From contig OZ024741.1 of the NCBI GenBank assembly GCA_964016885.1, positions 292,950,001-293,014,000 of the forward strand: a stretch of DNA of 64,000 nt, given 5' to 3'. The translations under genes were made by a program, and so were the position numbers. Numbering within the stretch: position 1 is the first letter of the stretch; each line of letters begins with the position of its first letter. This document shows positions 13,295 to 27,112 of the stretch, piece after piece. Under the pieces are notes generated by a model that worked only from the letters and a program-made list of their open reading frames with translations, had not been told where the DNA came from and did no database searches. Source of the stretch: Eledone cirrhosa (taxonomy: Eukaryota).

Positions 13295-16287
13295 ACTTGA
13301 GCAGCTAAGTAGGAATGTTGACAGTGATGGTAATTTCTGGACAAATACTGAAATATTTATAATAATCTAATTGATTATTTAATTTCTGTGTTGGTACTCC
13401 ATTGGTTCTTACAATGAGTGTTCCAGTTTGATTAATGGAGCAGCCTGCTCATGATATTAATATGAAAATGGCTGAGCATTTCAGAGATGTGTAACCATCA
13501 CATTGTCTTCAGGGAGAATCAGCATGACACAGTGTCTGTGTGGGTGACCTGGCTGGCCCCTTGAATTATTTGTAGACTCAAACATATAATGTGCCATCAA
13601 GAATCAAACTTGCAACCATTTGATTGTGAGCAGAACACCCTTACCACTAATCCATGTTCCTACGCAATTTCCACACACGCACACATTTGCTCATATGTTG
13701 TTAACAAAACCTATTGCCAACATTCTACTGTTTTCAGCCAACCAAAAAGGGCATTAGAATGTGCAGTGAAGAATTAAGATGTTAGGGAAAGTGTTTTTCT
13801 AATAGTATTTTGAACTTGTAAGAATCTGAATTACATTTTATTATGCTTTATGGAAACTATGGCTAATGCATAGATCTGTTGTATAGTTGTATAACTAAAT
13901 GTACATGTCTTACTGACTGATCTGTACTACCCAGCAACAGACTTAATGGATATCTCTTAGGGAATCCAATCTTTAACTAGATTAGCAGATCTTGTTGAAA
14001 GAACAATAATATGCATGAATAGATGGTAGAGAAAGGGCGAAGAGATGTATGTATGTCAAAAAGAATGAAAGAGAAAGAAGTCAGTACATGTGTACCCTAA
14101 TACACTGAATGTTCATGTTTCTGACCTCTCACATCTTATTTGCACGGAACCAGCTATAGCTTCTGTTTGTCCGGCTCACCCAGTTCTACCCAGCAACAAA
14201 TGAATGCATTTTCTCTTTGATCCAGCAGTCTTTCAAGAGATTAGCAGATCCAATGGAAAATGCAGATTGCATCAATCATCTTCATTTGAAATAAAAATAA
14301 TAAATAAACAAAAATAAAAAAATAAAATAAATACTGAAAAGAAGACATGCATAGAGTGGGTTTTTCACCTTTGACCCTCTGGTCCTATCCCTTGTATTAA
14401 GACCTTTTTAGTATCTGCTGAAATTATAGAGATTTTTTTTAGCTTGAGATTTTGGTAAGATTATATCAATAACTTATAGTTCTTTGGTATGTGTGTAATC
14501 AGCTACATCTTTATTCTTCACTTTCCATCACTATATCAATTTCATAACTATAATTCTTGGTCATCATCTACATCTTCATCACCATCAACACCCCACCAAT
14601 ACCTTTTCTATTACAACCACAACCATCGTAATCATTATCTATATCATCTCAAACATCATCACCAATACCACCATCATAACTACCACAACCAATATCAACT
14701 CCATCACAACCACTACCATCTTTACCCTTATCTACAAAATCACCATCAATGCTACCCCCACTGCCCCCACAAACATCATCATCATCATACTATATATATA
14801 TCTTTCACATAGAAACACACACATACATACATATAGATATGCTTGGATACACAAACAGACATGCATATGCTAAAACCTATTCCTTCAGATACTCATTTGT
14901 GCATATAAGAATGCATACAAATATTCACTTACACACTCATAAACACACACACACACAGCACCTACATTCACTTACACAGATAGATTAGCAGTGACTGCAC
15001 TTAGGGTTGATAAACATTTTGTTGGTTTGCAACACTGAGTTCAAACCCTACTATGTGTACTATAAAGCAGGGCTCCAAACTTATTTTTTCATAGACTTCC
15101 AAAAAAATTCCTGGAACCCATAGCTATACTTTATGGATAATCCACACCACCCTAATTTTAATAAGGTATTGAATAAAAACCACATGACTAAGTCGTTAGA
15201 GAATTGGATTCTCAATTATGAGGTTGTGAGTTTGGAGATAGTATCAGCAATTGGATAGCCCAAGCATATGAGGTCTGGGATCTTGTTGATTGTTCCTGGA
15301 TGGGTGGAGTATTGAATGAAACAAGAGAACACAGGCATGTCTATGTGATTAAGAAGTTTGCTTTATAATCATGAAGATACAGGCATCATCTCACTGTGAG
15401 TATCTTGGAAAAGTGCCTTTATCATAGCGTCAGGCTTTATGAGTGAAATAATAGATAAGTGTGTAGAATAGTGTTGGATGCATCGTACCTGTATTTCAAA
15501 GGGTCAGCTTTCTTCCACATTTAGAGATCACAGCTCTGGTACTAAGGGCATGTGATTAGAAAATCTAAGAAAATAACTAGTGGAGAGATTTTAAAGGCAA
15601 AGCCAACAGGCATGAAACTCAGAGGTAAACCTCAGGAGATATGGTTAGATAACATCTATAAGCTTGATTGGTCTTGCTGAATCATTAGGGGATGGTTGCT
15701 TCTGACAGGATCTTTAGGAAATGTGTCTGATGACTCTGCTTCCATAATCCTATCAGGAATAAGTGGGCAAAGAATAAGAAGAAGCCTTGTCATATATTAT
15801 GTCATGTTGATTTGGCTTGTGAATCATCATTAAGGTTACTTTGTAGAATGCTCTACCACTTACACTTTAATTCATGTTTCAGACACTTTCTCTTACATTG
15901 CTCTTTCTGCCAGGCGCTGTGACCAGTAGATAGTCAGCAATGGACAGACCAATGGAAACATTGTTTTCTTGGTCCAATTTCACGAGTTTCCCTCCACTCA
16001 GTAAGCAAATGAGGCCTTGTCAAACATTAAGAATTCTTGCAAAATGTCTTAAATTGTTCCATGGAACCGAATTAGACAAATATTGCTATAAAGCCCACAG
16101 TTGGTTGGTTTGTTAAAGTAGCATAAAGTTAGGAAGCCATGAGGCCAGGGGCTGATTTCTCATTAGCACCACCACACTAATTCTATCTGGTTCTATCTAA
16201 ATAGCTTCTATTTGGTGGCAGTGTTTACAATAGCTTAGTAAAACTGGTAAGTCATAGATGGAACTGACAAACGAACCTTGATGTGCT

Positions 16288-17003
16288 CACACAGCCTGTA
16301 GAAATAGCAGCCAAATATCTCTCAAACCACTTTCAGACCATCTTATACAATGAAGGACATATTGGATAATGTAGTTCCTTATATATTATGTCCTAATAGA
16401 TTATAGAATGGAGGCACATGGCTTAGTGGTTAGAGCATTGGCCTTGCAATCGAAAGGTTGTGAGTTCAATTCTCAGACCGGGTGATGTGTTGTTTCCTTG
16501 AGCAAGACACTTTATTTCACATTGCTCCAGTTTACTCAGCTGTAGAAATGAGATGATAGGGACTGGGGTCCCTATCATTCCACTGCAAAGTGGTCGTGGA
16601 GGTGCCACGGAAAAAAAGCACCCAGCACTCACTGTAAATGAGGTTGGTGTTAGGAAGGGCATCCAGCTGTAGAAATCAAGCCAGAATCAGTTCCCGTCCC
16701 ACCCTTGCAAGCAGGGAAAAGCGGATGTAAAATGAAATGATGATGAATGATGATGACACAACCTGCTGGAAATACCAATCAAATCTCTCTCAAATCACTT
16801 TCAAACTATCTTATACATTGGGCTTATTAGACAATGTAGTTTCTTTATATATTATGTTTAAATAAATAACTAAATGGTCACACAACCTGCTAGAAATAGC
16901 ATCCAAATTTCTCTCAAATCACTTTCAAACTATCTTATACAATGAAGGACTTATTAGATAATATAGTTCTTCATATATCATGTCTACATATATTATAGAA
17001 TGG
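16288..17003. repeat. Three ~120-bp tandem units interrupted by a SINE
   Basis: Unit ...tagaaatagcagccaaat.tctctcaaa.cactttca.ac.atcttataca... starts near 16288, 16757 and 16878; the SINE lies between units 1 and 2. Confidence 0.75.
16410..16756 (+). mobile_element. Composite SINE: tRNA head + CORE-like domain + RTE-derived body and 3' tail
   Basis: A box TGGCTTAGTGG (16419), B box GAGTTCAATTC (~16462), CORE-like ccttgagcaagacact..ccagtttactcagctgtagaaatgag, then ggtgttaggaagggcatcc and cccgtcccacccttgcaagcagggaaaagcggatgtaaaatga, nearly identical to the RTE 3' end at ~26555-26600. Confidence 0.75.
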
Positions 17004-17759
17004 CCATACCTTGTTTTGATAATATCTAAACTGAATCATGATTGATCTGGCTCAAAACAATAACATCATCACCACCACCACCAACAACAACAACAACAAC
17101 CAAAAAGAAAGAAACGGTGCAGTTGATTTACTGGCTAGAAATAGTAGCTAAATCTCCATGCAGTCACACTATGCCATCTTGATAATATATTCCATGATAA
17201 TGGAATGCGAAAAGTGGAAAGATGCTGTACTGAGAAGGACCCATTCAACCCATGCAAGCATGGAACAACAGTCATACGATGATGGTGATGATTCCTATGT
17301 CTCATAAAAAGACAGGATGTTCATAACTGGAATGTTTTTGGTTATATGTATGTTCAATCATGGTTGACCAGGGGCTAAACAACATCCACATCCCATCTCA
17401 ACATTGCAGCATTGTAATAATATCAAGTTTCTCCATTTTAACTGCAGAAATTACAAAAGATTGTCCTCCATTTTATGTTAGATGATAAAATCTTGTGATG
17501 CCTTAGTTTTAGTATAAGATGTAACAATTGTTGATCTCTGACTTCAATAACTTAATACTTCCTGCTAGTCTTTTAATCTGTAAAGTCTTTTAATGTTCCA
17601 ATATAAGGAGAGGCTGATGATGTGACTTCATTTTGTAGTTCAGTGATAGCAACAGAGCTTAAAAGGGTTAATTGGAGGAAATTTGAATAGATTTGGAGTT
17701 CAATTAATGTGTTGCTATCTCTTTAGTATTATTTCTAATGATGGGTTGAATATATCAGT

Positions 17760-17985
17760 TCATCATCACCACCACCATCATCACCATCATCATCATTACC
17801 ACAACAACAATCATCAGCATCATTACCACCAACAACACTATCATCACTACCATCCTCCACCTCGTTATCATCATCACTACCATCCTCCTCCTCCTCCTCC
17901 TCATTCTCATCATCACTATCATCATCCTCCTGACCATCATCATCATCATCATCATCACTACCACCACTTTAATTATCATTACATC
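17760..17985. repeat. (CAT/CAC/CCT)n microsatellite
   Basis: Direct reading; source of the poly-His ORF. Confidence 0.9.
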
Positions 17986-18980
17986 TGATTTTCCATGCTG
18001 GCATGTGTTTGATGAGGTTATTTAAGAGATTTCTGCAGCAGGATGCCCTTCCTAATGTTAACTGCCACTTGTTATTTAAAAAAAAGGTATAGATCATTGC
18101 ATGTATAATTGTTATTGTGTGCTGTTAGTGATGATAGCTTTAATAGTGTTAGCTTGTCATCTATTCATATAGAATGGAATGTTGTTAGTGGCTTAGTGGT
18201 TCATAAGTTGGATTCACAATCATGAGGTTGTGAGATCAATTCTGGGGTTGGATGATGTATTATGTCTTTGAGTAAGAGACTTTATTTTATGTTACTCTTT
18301 CTGCCAGGAGTTGTGACTGGTAGATTGTATGAGTAATGTAAAGACCAATGGAAACATTGAGCTGTAAAAAGCTGTATGAATTACTCAGAGTCAACAACCC
18401 TGCATCCCAACTATGGGTTAAATAGCCTCACTAGCCCGCCAATTGGCCAAGTGTAATGAGTATGGCTACACCCCTGACATGACCAAAATCAAACAGAAAG
18501 CAGTGGAGGTTAACCAGGGAGGGGTTCCTCCAATGGGAGTGAGAAGTTCCTGGATTGGATTTGACTGGTAATCATAACTACATCGCAAATATCTTCTTTT
18601 CCTTTTTCTTTTTCACCCACTTATTCTTGAGAGGATCATGGGGCAAAAGTCTTCAAACAGTGGGTCCTCAAATAAGAAAATAGTCTTATCAACTTAATTC
18701 ATCAATTAAATCATTGGTATATATATTTGTCTCATTACTGTGTTTTGAGGCAGTACAGGACTTTAGGAGTTAAAGATAACTACAGGCTATATGAGGCCTA
18801 CAGTAGCAGCATTGTCTATTATTCAAGACATTAAATTAAGGTAATTGTCATTAAATATTTGAAGCACAATTTTTAAGTTACAAAATCAAGTTTAAAAGAA
18901 TTTTAAAGATTAAATTATTTTTTTAAAGTTAATCAATTGTGTACCCTCCTGATCCAATATGATGTAGAATGATATGTTGT

Positions 18981-19410
18981 GTATAAGGTGTAGCCATTTA
19001 GTATTCATAATACAAGGCTGATAATGAAGTAAGACTTTGTATGTTGTCAATACAGATGAGTAGTTAGTAGTAAGTACACATGTGAAATATGTTTTGTATA
19101 AGGTGTAGCCATTTAGTATTCATAATACAAGGCTGATAGTGAAGTCAGACTTTGTATGTTGTCAATACACAGGAGTAGTTAGTAGTAAGTACACATGTGA
19201 AATGTGTTTTGTATAAAGTTTAACCATTTAGTATTCATAATACAAGGCTGATAGTGAAGGAAGATTTTGTATGTTGTCAATACAGAGGAGTAGTTAGTAG
19301 TAAGTACACATGTGAAATATGTTTTGTATAAGGTTTAACCATTTAGTATTCATAATACAAGGCTGATAGTGAAGGAAGATTTTGTATGTTGTCAATACAG
19401 AGGAGTAGTA
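18981..19410. repeat. 115-bp minisatellite, ~3.7 copies
   Basis: gtataa(g/a)gt(g/t)ta.ccatttagtattcataatacaaggctgata recurs at 18981, 19096, 19211 and 19326. Confidence 0.95.
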
Positions 19411-21379
19411 AAACCAGTGAAATAAATTCTTTCAAATGACTGGAGGACTCCATAAAATGAGTTGATAGCGTCTGTTACCTAGGCGACTTCATTAGTAATG
19501 GAGGTGGATACCTCAAAACCATTGTAAGCCAGGTGGAATTGGGTGGAAATAGTTTACAGAGTCATTACCTGTGCTGGATAGAGACATATCTCCCCCCACC
19601 CACCCCCACACACACACATAGTGAACGTCCAAGTTGCCACACAGTGAGATAGAGCCAAGTCACATGGTGGCAGAGCAAACCTCTTAACCACACACACACA
19701 CACACAATGGTTACACATACATACATACATGGGTGTGTATTCAAACACCTATATTTTATTGGCATATTTATATACTTATACACACGCACACACCTTTTCA
19801 TATCTATATACATATAAATACTACATACATACATACACATACATACACACACATACACATATATATATACATATAAATACTACATACATACATACACATA
19901 CACACACATATATATACATATATACACATACATACATATATACACATTCATACATACATGTGTGAATGTGTATGTCTGTCTGTCAGTCTGTTAGTGGTAT
20001 CTTAGATTTACCATGCTTTAATGAATGTTATATTTTCCTCACTTTTATTACATCAGTTTGTTGCCAATTGTCAAAAGAAAAGCTTCAGGGCTGTCTCCTC
20101 ATGAAATTTAATTAAAACTATCCCATAGACAGTTACATTCAGTTAAACTCACAGTCATACACATACATACATTCACACAATCTCCCTCTCACACACACAC
20201 ACACACATGCACATAGTCACACATACACACACAATCACATATGCACATACCCACACACACACATACACATGCACACACAATCATACATGCATCACAGACA
20301 CACACACACACACACACACAAATGACAAATTACACCTGTATGTTGAAATTAATTTCATTTGCCCTTTTTGGAAAGATGGCACATATTGCTAACTTACCAA
20401 CTATTACCATCATTTTTATTAATACTTACGTATTTCACAATTTCACATAAATAAAAGTATTTTTCTTTGACTGGGTACAAGGCCAGTATTTCTTTGTTTT
20501 CTGTCTACTAAGCTCACTCACAGGACATTAGTCAGCCTGGGGCTAAAGTAGATGATACTTGCCCAAGGTGCCATACTGTGTCAACCTCCATTTATATTTT
20601 TAAGCGATATGTAGATCTTTGCACATCTAATTCTGTTAATACAGAACATAAGCAAATATCACCATCTGCAATGTCAAATGCAAAGAAAAATTACCAACAC
20701 ACACACACTTATATACATATATATATGTGTGTGTATACATAATGTTGTGGGTTTGACATTGATCAGGTGGTGTGTTTTGTTCTTGAGCAAGATACTTTAC
20801 AACACATTACTTTTCATGATAGGATACAGACTCCTATTATTAAGACAGCCAGGAAACCTTCTATAATATCATATGAGGCCAACTAAACCTACATAAGCGT
20901 GAACGACAAATTTCTTCTTTTTTTTTTTTGCATAAGTAGTATTTTGTTTTCTGTTACTATAAGTTTGTTATGTAACATTTTATCTTTAGGTTATTGAAAT
21001 CCTGTACCTACACTTATTGAAACATTGAGTCACCGATCGATTTATTGATTTGTTTTTTTTTGTTTTTATTTTTGTTTTTTGGGGTTGTTTTTTTACTGAT
21101 GGATTTATGAAATTCTGATATATTTTATCTGTCTTTAGAAGTATGTTAAAAAACAGAGTTTCATAAAACATCAAGGACAACTGATATGAGGATACAAATT
21201 AATGATATCTGTTTTATACTAGCACAGGTCAACCACCTCCTCAATTGACAGAGTTGTTGTTAGACTATATTTATCACAGCATTCTGTGATCAGTGTTCAA
21301 ATCCCACTGTTGATTTTCATCTCTTTGAGGTCTATATAGTACCAGTCTTGTACTTTGGTTGATTCTTCTTATTATTATT

Positions 21380-21527
21380 TTTCTTTTTTTCTTCTTTTTC
21401 TTTTTTCTTCTTTTCTTCTTTTCTTCTTTTTTTCTTCTTTTTCTTTTACTTCTTTTTCTTTTTCTTCTTCTTCTTCTTCTTTTTCTTCTTCTTCTTCTTC
21501 TTCTTCTTCTTCTTCTTCTTCTTCTTC
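21380..21527. repeat. (TTC)n polypyrimidine microsatellite
   Basis: Direct reading. Confidence 0.95.
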
Positions 21528-22018
21528 TGTAGAAAAGACAGAGAGAGCTACAGCAAAACTGTGTGCTAGATTTTGGATTGTGTTTGTGAGTAACTTTTGC
21601 GATTAGTTAAGTGGCTTTTCTCGCAATGCAGTCTAGAATGTGGGTGTGTGTGTACATGGAGGTTTGTGTGCTATTTCTAGCAAATATAAAGGTGGTTTCT
21701 CAGCTTAGTTCTAATATATAATAGATTTTGGTGGACAGAATGTGTGATTAGAAATATTCTTTTTTACCCTTTCATTGCAATCTTCTAATGAAAGACACTG
21801 CTTACAATTGTCAAATTATTTTGAAAATATTCACAAATTTGGAGGAATTTAGTAATATAATTTTCTTATTTAGCTGGTGTTCAGAACATTACTTAACAAT
21901 GGTTTTTACATAAACTTATGATGGAAGATGTTTAGATAAATATAAACTTAGACTTAGAGGCTCCTACATCTTGAGACACATGAGGCAGCCAAAGTGCTCC
22001 AATGACCATGGTCAGTTG

Positions 22019-22435
22019 CATCATCATCATCATCATCATCGTTTAACGTCCGTGTTCCATGCTTGCATGGGTTTGGACGGGAGTTTTCCCACTTGAGGCA
22101 AGAGTGGTTGTCTTGCTCGCATAGGACTGTCTGGCGGGTTTTCTGCAGTTGGATGCCCTTCCTAACACCAACCACATTTACAGTGTGGGGCTGGGAGGTT
22201 TTTACCGTGTTGCCTACACGGCCACATTACAGCGTGGACTGTCTGGCAGGTTTTCTACAGCTGGATGCCCTTCCTAACACCAACCACATTTACAGTGTGG
22301 GACTGGGACGTTTTTACTGTGTTGCCTACACGGTCACATTACAGTGTGGACTGTGTGTTTTTTTTTTTGTTGTGACACCTACACGATCTCATTTGTTTCG
22401 GCCTGGATTTTCTGGCACCAACATAACTTTACATT
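22019..22435 (-). mobile_element. Non-autonomous RTE-related short element with internal 112-bp tandem duplication
   Basis: (CAT)n tail, tttaacgtccgtgttccatgcttgcatgggt RTE-type 3' end, ggatgcccttcctaacacca motif twice; GGACTGT recurs at 22124, 22236 and 22348. Confidence 0.75.
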
Positions 22436-22525
22436 GAAAGGGGCGGTGTGGATGGGGTGGGGGTGGTGGGACGGGGTGTATTTTGTTAGAGATGCCTACT
22501 GACTGTAGTAGGTTTTACTTTGTAT

Positions 22526-22795
22526 TTAGGTAACGCGGGTCTTCTCTATTACTGAGTACCGCCAAAGGTCTCGGTCCAGTGACATTGTCTTGGAGAGGTG
22601 TAAGTGTGTGAGGTCGGAATTTATCAGCTCGTCCCAGGTTTTTCTGGGTCTGCCTACTCCGTGGCTACCGTCTATCTTTATTGCCCTGCACTTTGTTATA
22701 CAGCTGTCGTCTTTCATGCGCATCACGTGACCATACCAACGTAGCCTTCTCTCGAGTAAACAACATCTGATCCCTCTTATTTCTAATTTTTGCAT
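22526..22795 (-). mobile_element. RTE LINE 3' fragment (different subfamily)
   Basis: ERRLRWYGHVMRM..GRPRKTWDE..DRDLWR. Confidence 0.85.
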
Positions 22796-22799
22796 ATAT

Positions 22800-23140
22800 T
22801 AATACATTGTTCTAACATTTCTTGATGGGTTTCAGGTCAATTGATAATCACAGGTTTATCTTGGGATGTCTTCTTCACCTCTTTCCATGGGGATACCAGT
22901 ACAGGACCTGTGTAGCAACTTGGGAGTTGTTTGATGTGTTCCAACCAGCCAAGAGGATGTACATGTTAGAAATACATTGTTGATGCGTTCATTGACAGAC
23001 TTCTTTGTTGGTGATGAAGTCATCTCACATGATGCCAGGGATATTTTGTAGGCATTTTGTGTCAAAAGCAGCTAATTGGTTCTTTCGGCTGGTCTTCATA
23101 TTCCACATTTCGTATTGTAAAATTAAAGGCAGTTTCAGGA
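22800..23140 (-). mobile_element. Degraded RTE-like LINE fragment
   Basis: YEMWNMKTSRKNQLAAFDTKCLQNI resembles the RTE post-RT region; disrupted. Confidence 0.5.
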
Positions 23141-23669
23141 AGTTTTGTATCAAAAGGGTTAATCTTTCTTTATCTGAAGATTTTATTACTTGTGCCAGAA
23201 AACAAAACAATAATTTAAAAAAAAAGTGAAAACAATAAAAAAACTTTAATAATCAGATATTGCCGTGTAGTTCCTTCAAGTGTTTCCAAATTTTCTGTCT
23301 GAACCTGTAATTGAAATACAGTGTGCAGCAGTGTTGAAGCTGAAAAATCTCTTCATATTGCTTCAAGTAAATTTTCTTTTTTAAATAACATAAAGCAAAG
23401 TAATGCATCAATGCATTATTTCTATTGCTATTTGCATTTGTATTTTGCATTGCATTGCATTGCATAACGTTACATTTGAGTAACATCTATGTTCTTACCA
23501 GTCTGCATAGCAGGATGTTTTGTTGTTTTTGTTATATGTGTTGCACTTAACCAGAGTTAAAAAAAAAGAGAAAATGAAGGAATAAAAACAACAAATTTGA
23601 GAGTTTTAGAATTTACCAGTCAATATAGATAAAACCTGCAAGCTGAAAATGGTAAAAAAATAGGAACAG

Positions 23670-24745
23670 TTACAACAACAAGTACAATAACAACAACAAG
23701 TCCAATGACAACAATAAGACTTACAATAACAACACCTACAGTATCAACAACTACAATAACAACAGTAGCCATAGTAACAGCAGCAACAACTACAACACCT
23801 TCAGTAAGAATAACTACTACTACAAGTACAATATCAACTAAGAGACTTACAACAACAACTACAAAAGTAATACCTTCTGTAACAGCAGCAACAACTACAA
23901 CAACAGCTTCAGTAAGAAGAACTAGAGCAGCAGCAGCAACAAGTACAAGACAAACAACAACACCTACAATAACAGCAACACAAGCGCTACATCAACAACT
24001 ACAACATCTACAGTAACAGTAACAACACCAACAACTACAATATCAACTACAACATCAGCACCTATAACAGCAACAACAACTATAATATAAACAACTACAA
24101 CACCATCACCCTACTATAACATCAACAACTACAACATCTACAGTAACAGTAACAACACCAACATCTACAATATCAACTACATCAGCACCTATAACAGCAA
24201 CAACAACTATAATATAAACAACTACAACACCATCACCTACTATAACATCAACAACTACAACATCTACAGTAACAGTAACAACACCAACAACTACAATATC
24301 AACTACAACATCAGCACCTATAACAGCAACAACAACTATAATATAAACAACTACAACACCATCACCTACTATAACATCAACAACTACAACATCTACAGTA
24401 ACAACACCAACAACTACAATATCAACTACAACATCAGCACCTATAACAGCAACAACAACTATAATATAAACAACTACAACACCATCACCCTACTATAACA
24501 TCAACAACTACAATATCAACTACAACATCACCACCTATAACAGCAACAACAACTATAATATAAACAACTACAACACCATCACCCTACTATAACATCAACA
24601 ACTACAATATCAACTACAACATCACCACCTATAACAGCAACAACAACTATGATATAAACAACTACAATACCATCACCCTACTATAACATCAACAACTACA
24701 ATATCTACAGTAACAACACCAACAACTACAATATCAACAACATCA
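23670..24745. repeat. ACA-rich minisatellite with higher-order ~126-130-bp units
   Basis: catctacagtaac at 24005, 24135, 24261 and 24390, then shorter units. Confidence 0.9.
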
Positions 24746-24924
24746 TGATATTTCACTTATTGAATATTTATTCTGTTCTGAAGTCGTTAATTTTTATTTT
24801 TTTTTTTTTTAGGAAAAAAATTTTTTTCTATCCTATAACCTTCACTTTTTTTAAAAATATTTTCTTCATGTTTATCTAAGATTTAAACAATTTGCATTGA
24901 TTTGATGCGAGTTAGGAATTTTTA

Positions 24925-25019
24925 AGTACACATGTATGTAAATATGTATGTAAACATGTATTTATGTATACATGTAAATATGTTTGTAAACATGTACATA
25001 TGTGTGTGTGTATATATAT

Positions 25020-25077
<58 letters not shown>

Positions 25078-25120
25078 ATATATATATATATACACACACA
25101 TATGTACATGTTTACATACA

Positions 25121-25170
<50 letters not shown>

Positions 25171-25204
25171 GGTGTATATATATATGTGTGTGTGTATATA
25201 TATA

Positions 25205-25298
<94 letters not shown>

Positions 25299-25627
25299 AT
25301 GTATATATATATTTGTATGTATATATATATTGTATATATATATATGTATGTATGTATATATATTGTATATATATATATGTGTATATATTGTATATATATT
25401 GTATATATATATATATATATGTATATATATGTATATATATGTATATATATATATACATATATATACATATATAAATATATATACAATATATATACAATAT
25501 ATGTATATATATATGTATATATATGTATATATATGTATATATATGTATATATATATATATATGTATATATATGTATATATATGTATATATATATATATAT
25601 ACATATATATGTATATATATGTATATA

Positions 25628-25688
<61 letters not shown>

Positions 25689-25690
25689 AT
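24925..25690. repeat. Compound (TA)n/(TATG)n/(CA)n microsatellite
   Basis: Direct reading; source of the IYIYIY ORFs. Confidence 0.97.
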
Positions 25691-25940
25691 AATTCAATTT
25701 AACATATAAGATAAAAGCTTTCTTTTCCTTGTCATGGCCGAAGAAACTGAGAGCTATGTTACACATTATTAAAATGACACAAAAACTATGAATTAAAAGA
25801 AAATGAATGAATTAAATCAACATTATATACTATATATCACAGGTAGTAGCAATAGCAATGATGGTGATGAAAATAATAATTATTATTTCTATTTGAGGCA
25901 CAAGGCTTGAATAATAAAAATAATAATTATTATTATTATA

Positions 25941-26619
25941 TCGCATTGATAGACACATTTTTTAAATGCAGGAAGGCGCTATAGAAGTGGTGGATAGCTT
26001 CCGGTACCTAGGAGATCAGATTAGCATGGGATGAGGGTGTTCCGAGGCCATAGTATCTAGAATAAGTACGGGTTGGAAGAAGTTTAGGGAGTTGCTTCCT
26101 CTGTTGACGAAGAAGGGTTTCTCCCTGCGTACGAAAGGCCGGTTGTATGATGCCTGTGTGAGGAGCGCGATGCTGCATGGTAGTGAGACTTGGGCAACAA
26201 CTGCAGAGGATATGCGACGGCTGGAGAGAAATGAGGCAAGCATGCTCCGTTGGATGTGCAGTGTAAACGTGCGTGAACGACCCAGCATAAATGTGTTGAG
26301 AGAGAAACTGTGTCTGAGAGGGATAGAATGTAGTGTACGGAAGAGGAGACTGAGGTGGTATGGACATGTGATGCGCATGGAGGATAACCGATGGGTGAAG
26401 AAGTGCCAGGAAATGCCAGTTGAAGGAAGACGTGGTAGAGGTAGACCACGAAAAATATAGGCGGAGGTGGTGAGAACAGACCTCAGATCATTGAAGCTCA
26501 CGGTGGAGATGACGAAAGACCGTGACGAGTGGAGAGATGCCATGCTGAATAAGACCCGTCCCACCCTTGCAAGCAGGGAAAAGCGAACGTAAAATGATGA
26601 TGATGATGTGATGATGATT
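25941..26619 (+). mobile_element. 5'-truncated RTE LINE (copy 3, same family as copies 1 and 2)
   Basis: KGRLYDACVRSAMLHGSETW..RRLRWYGHVMRM..RGRPRK, (TGA)n tail; near-identical to the reverse complement of 38227-38890. Confidence 0.93.
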
Positions 26620-26812
26620 ACATTTCTTTCGCTCAGCTTCTAACACTGGTGGTGCATTATGGTGTTAGCTGTTCACTGCTAATGAACTAATGTAACATTC
26701 CTCATTTTTTAAGCACCTTACTGGTTATTTGAGCTGTTCCAAGCTGTGCTGTTTTCTGTAAGGGCTCCACCTATATTGCAACCCCTATTTCTTTAATGTA
26801 CTTCTAAAGATC

Positions 26813-26848
<36 letters not shown>

Positions 26849-27112
26849 CTTTTAATAATAATAATAATGTTTTCTTTATTAACCACAAGGGTTTACATAA
26901 AGTAGACATTAAGGACAGTACAGGACAGTACAGGACGGTACAAATGGGCATTTCTGCGTGTAAAAAAAACAGAGGATGTAATAAAATAACAAAGAAAAAT
27001 TCCCCAATAGGGGGGAGACTTCCGAGGGACATTTGTGGAGAAAGCCCATTAAAAGACCACAGTGACCCTGACCACCAGGGCAAGTGCCCTCTCCCAGTTT
27101 TCCACCTTTAAT

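Noticed and set aside
16410-16480. tRNA gene (also 53749 and 5933)
   Set aside because: A and B boxes are present but there is no complete cloverleaf and the sequence runs into SINE body.
17683-17988. His/Pro-rich protein (also 14489-14812)
   Set aside because: (CAT/CAC)n microsatellite translation.
22510-22536. Second AG|GT ratchet site (tttgtatttAG|GTAACG)
   Set aside because: Weak donor, and it coincides with the end of an antisense RTE fragment.
23705-24745. Mucin-like Thr-rich coding repeat
   Set aside because: The Thr frame is interrupted by TAA in the repeat units, unit lengths are not consistently multiples of three, and there are no convincing splice sites.
24912-25766. Long Ile/Tyr ORFs (also at 48.5, 54 and 63.7 kb)
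   Set aside because: Translations of (TA)n microsatellite, which lacks stop codons.
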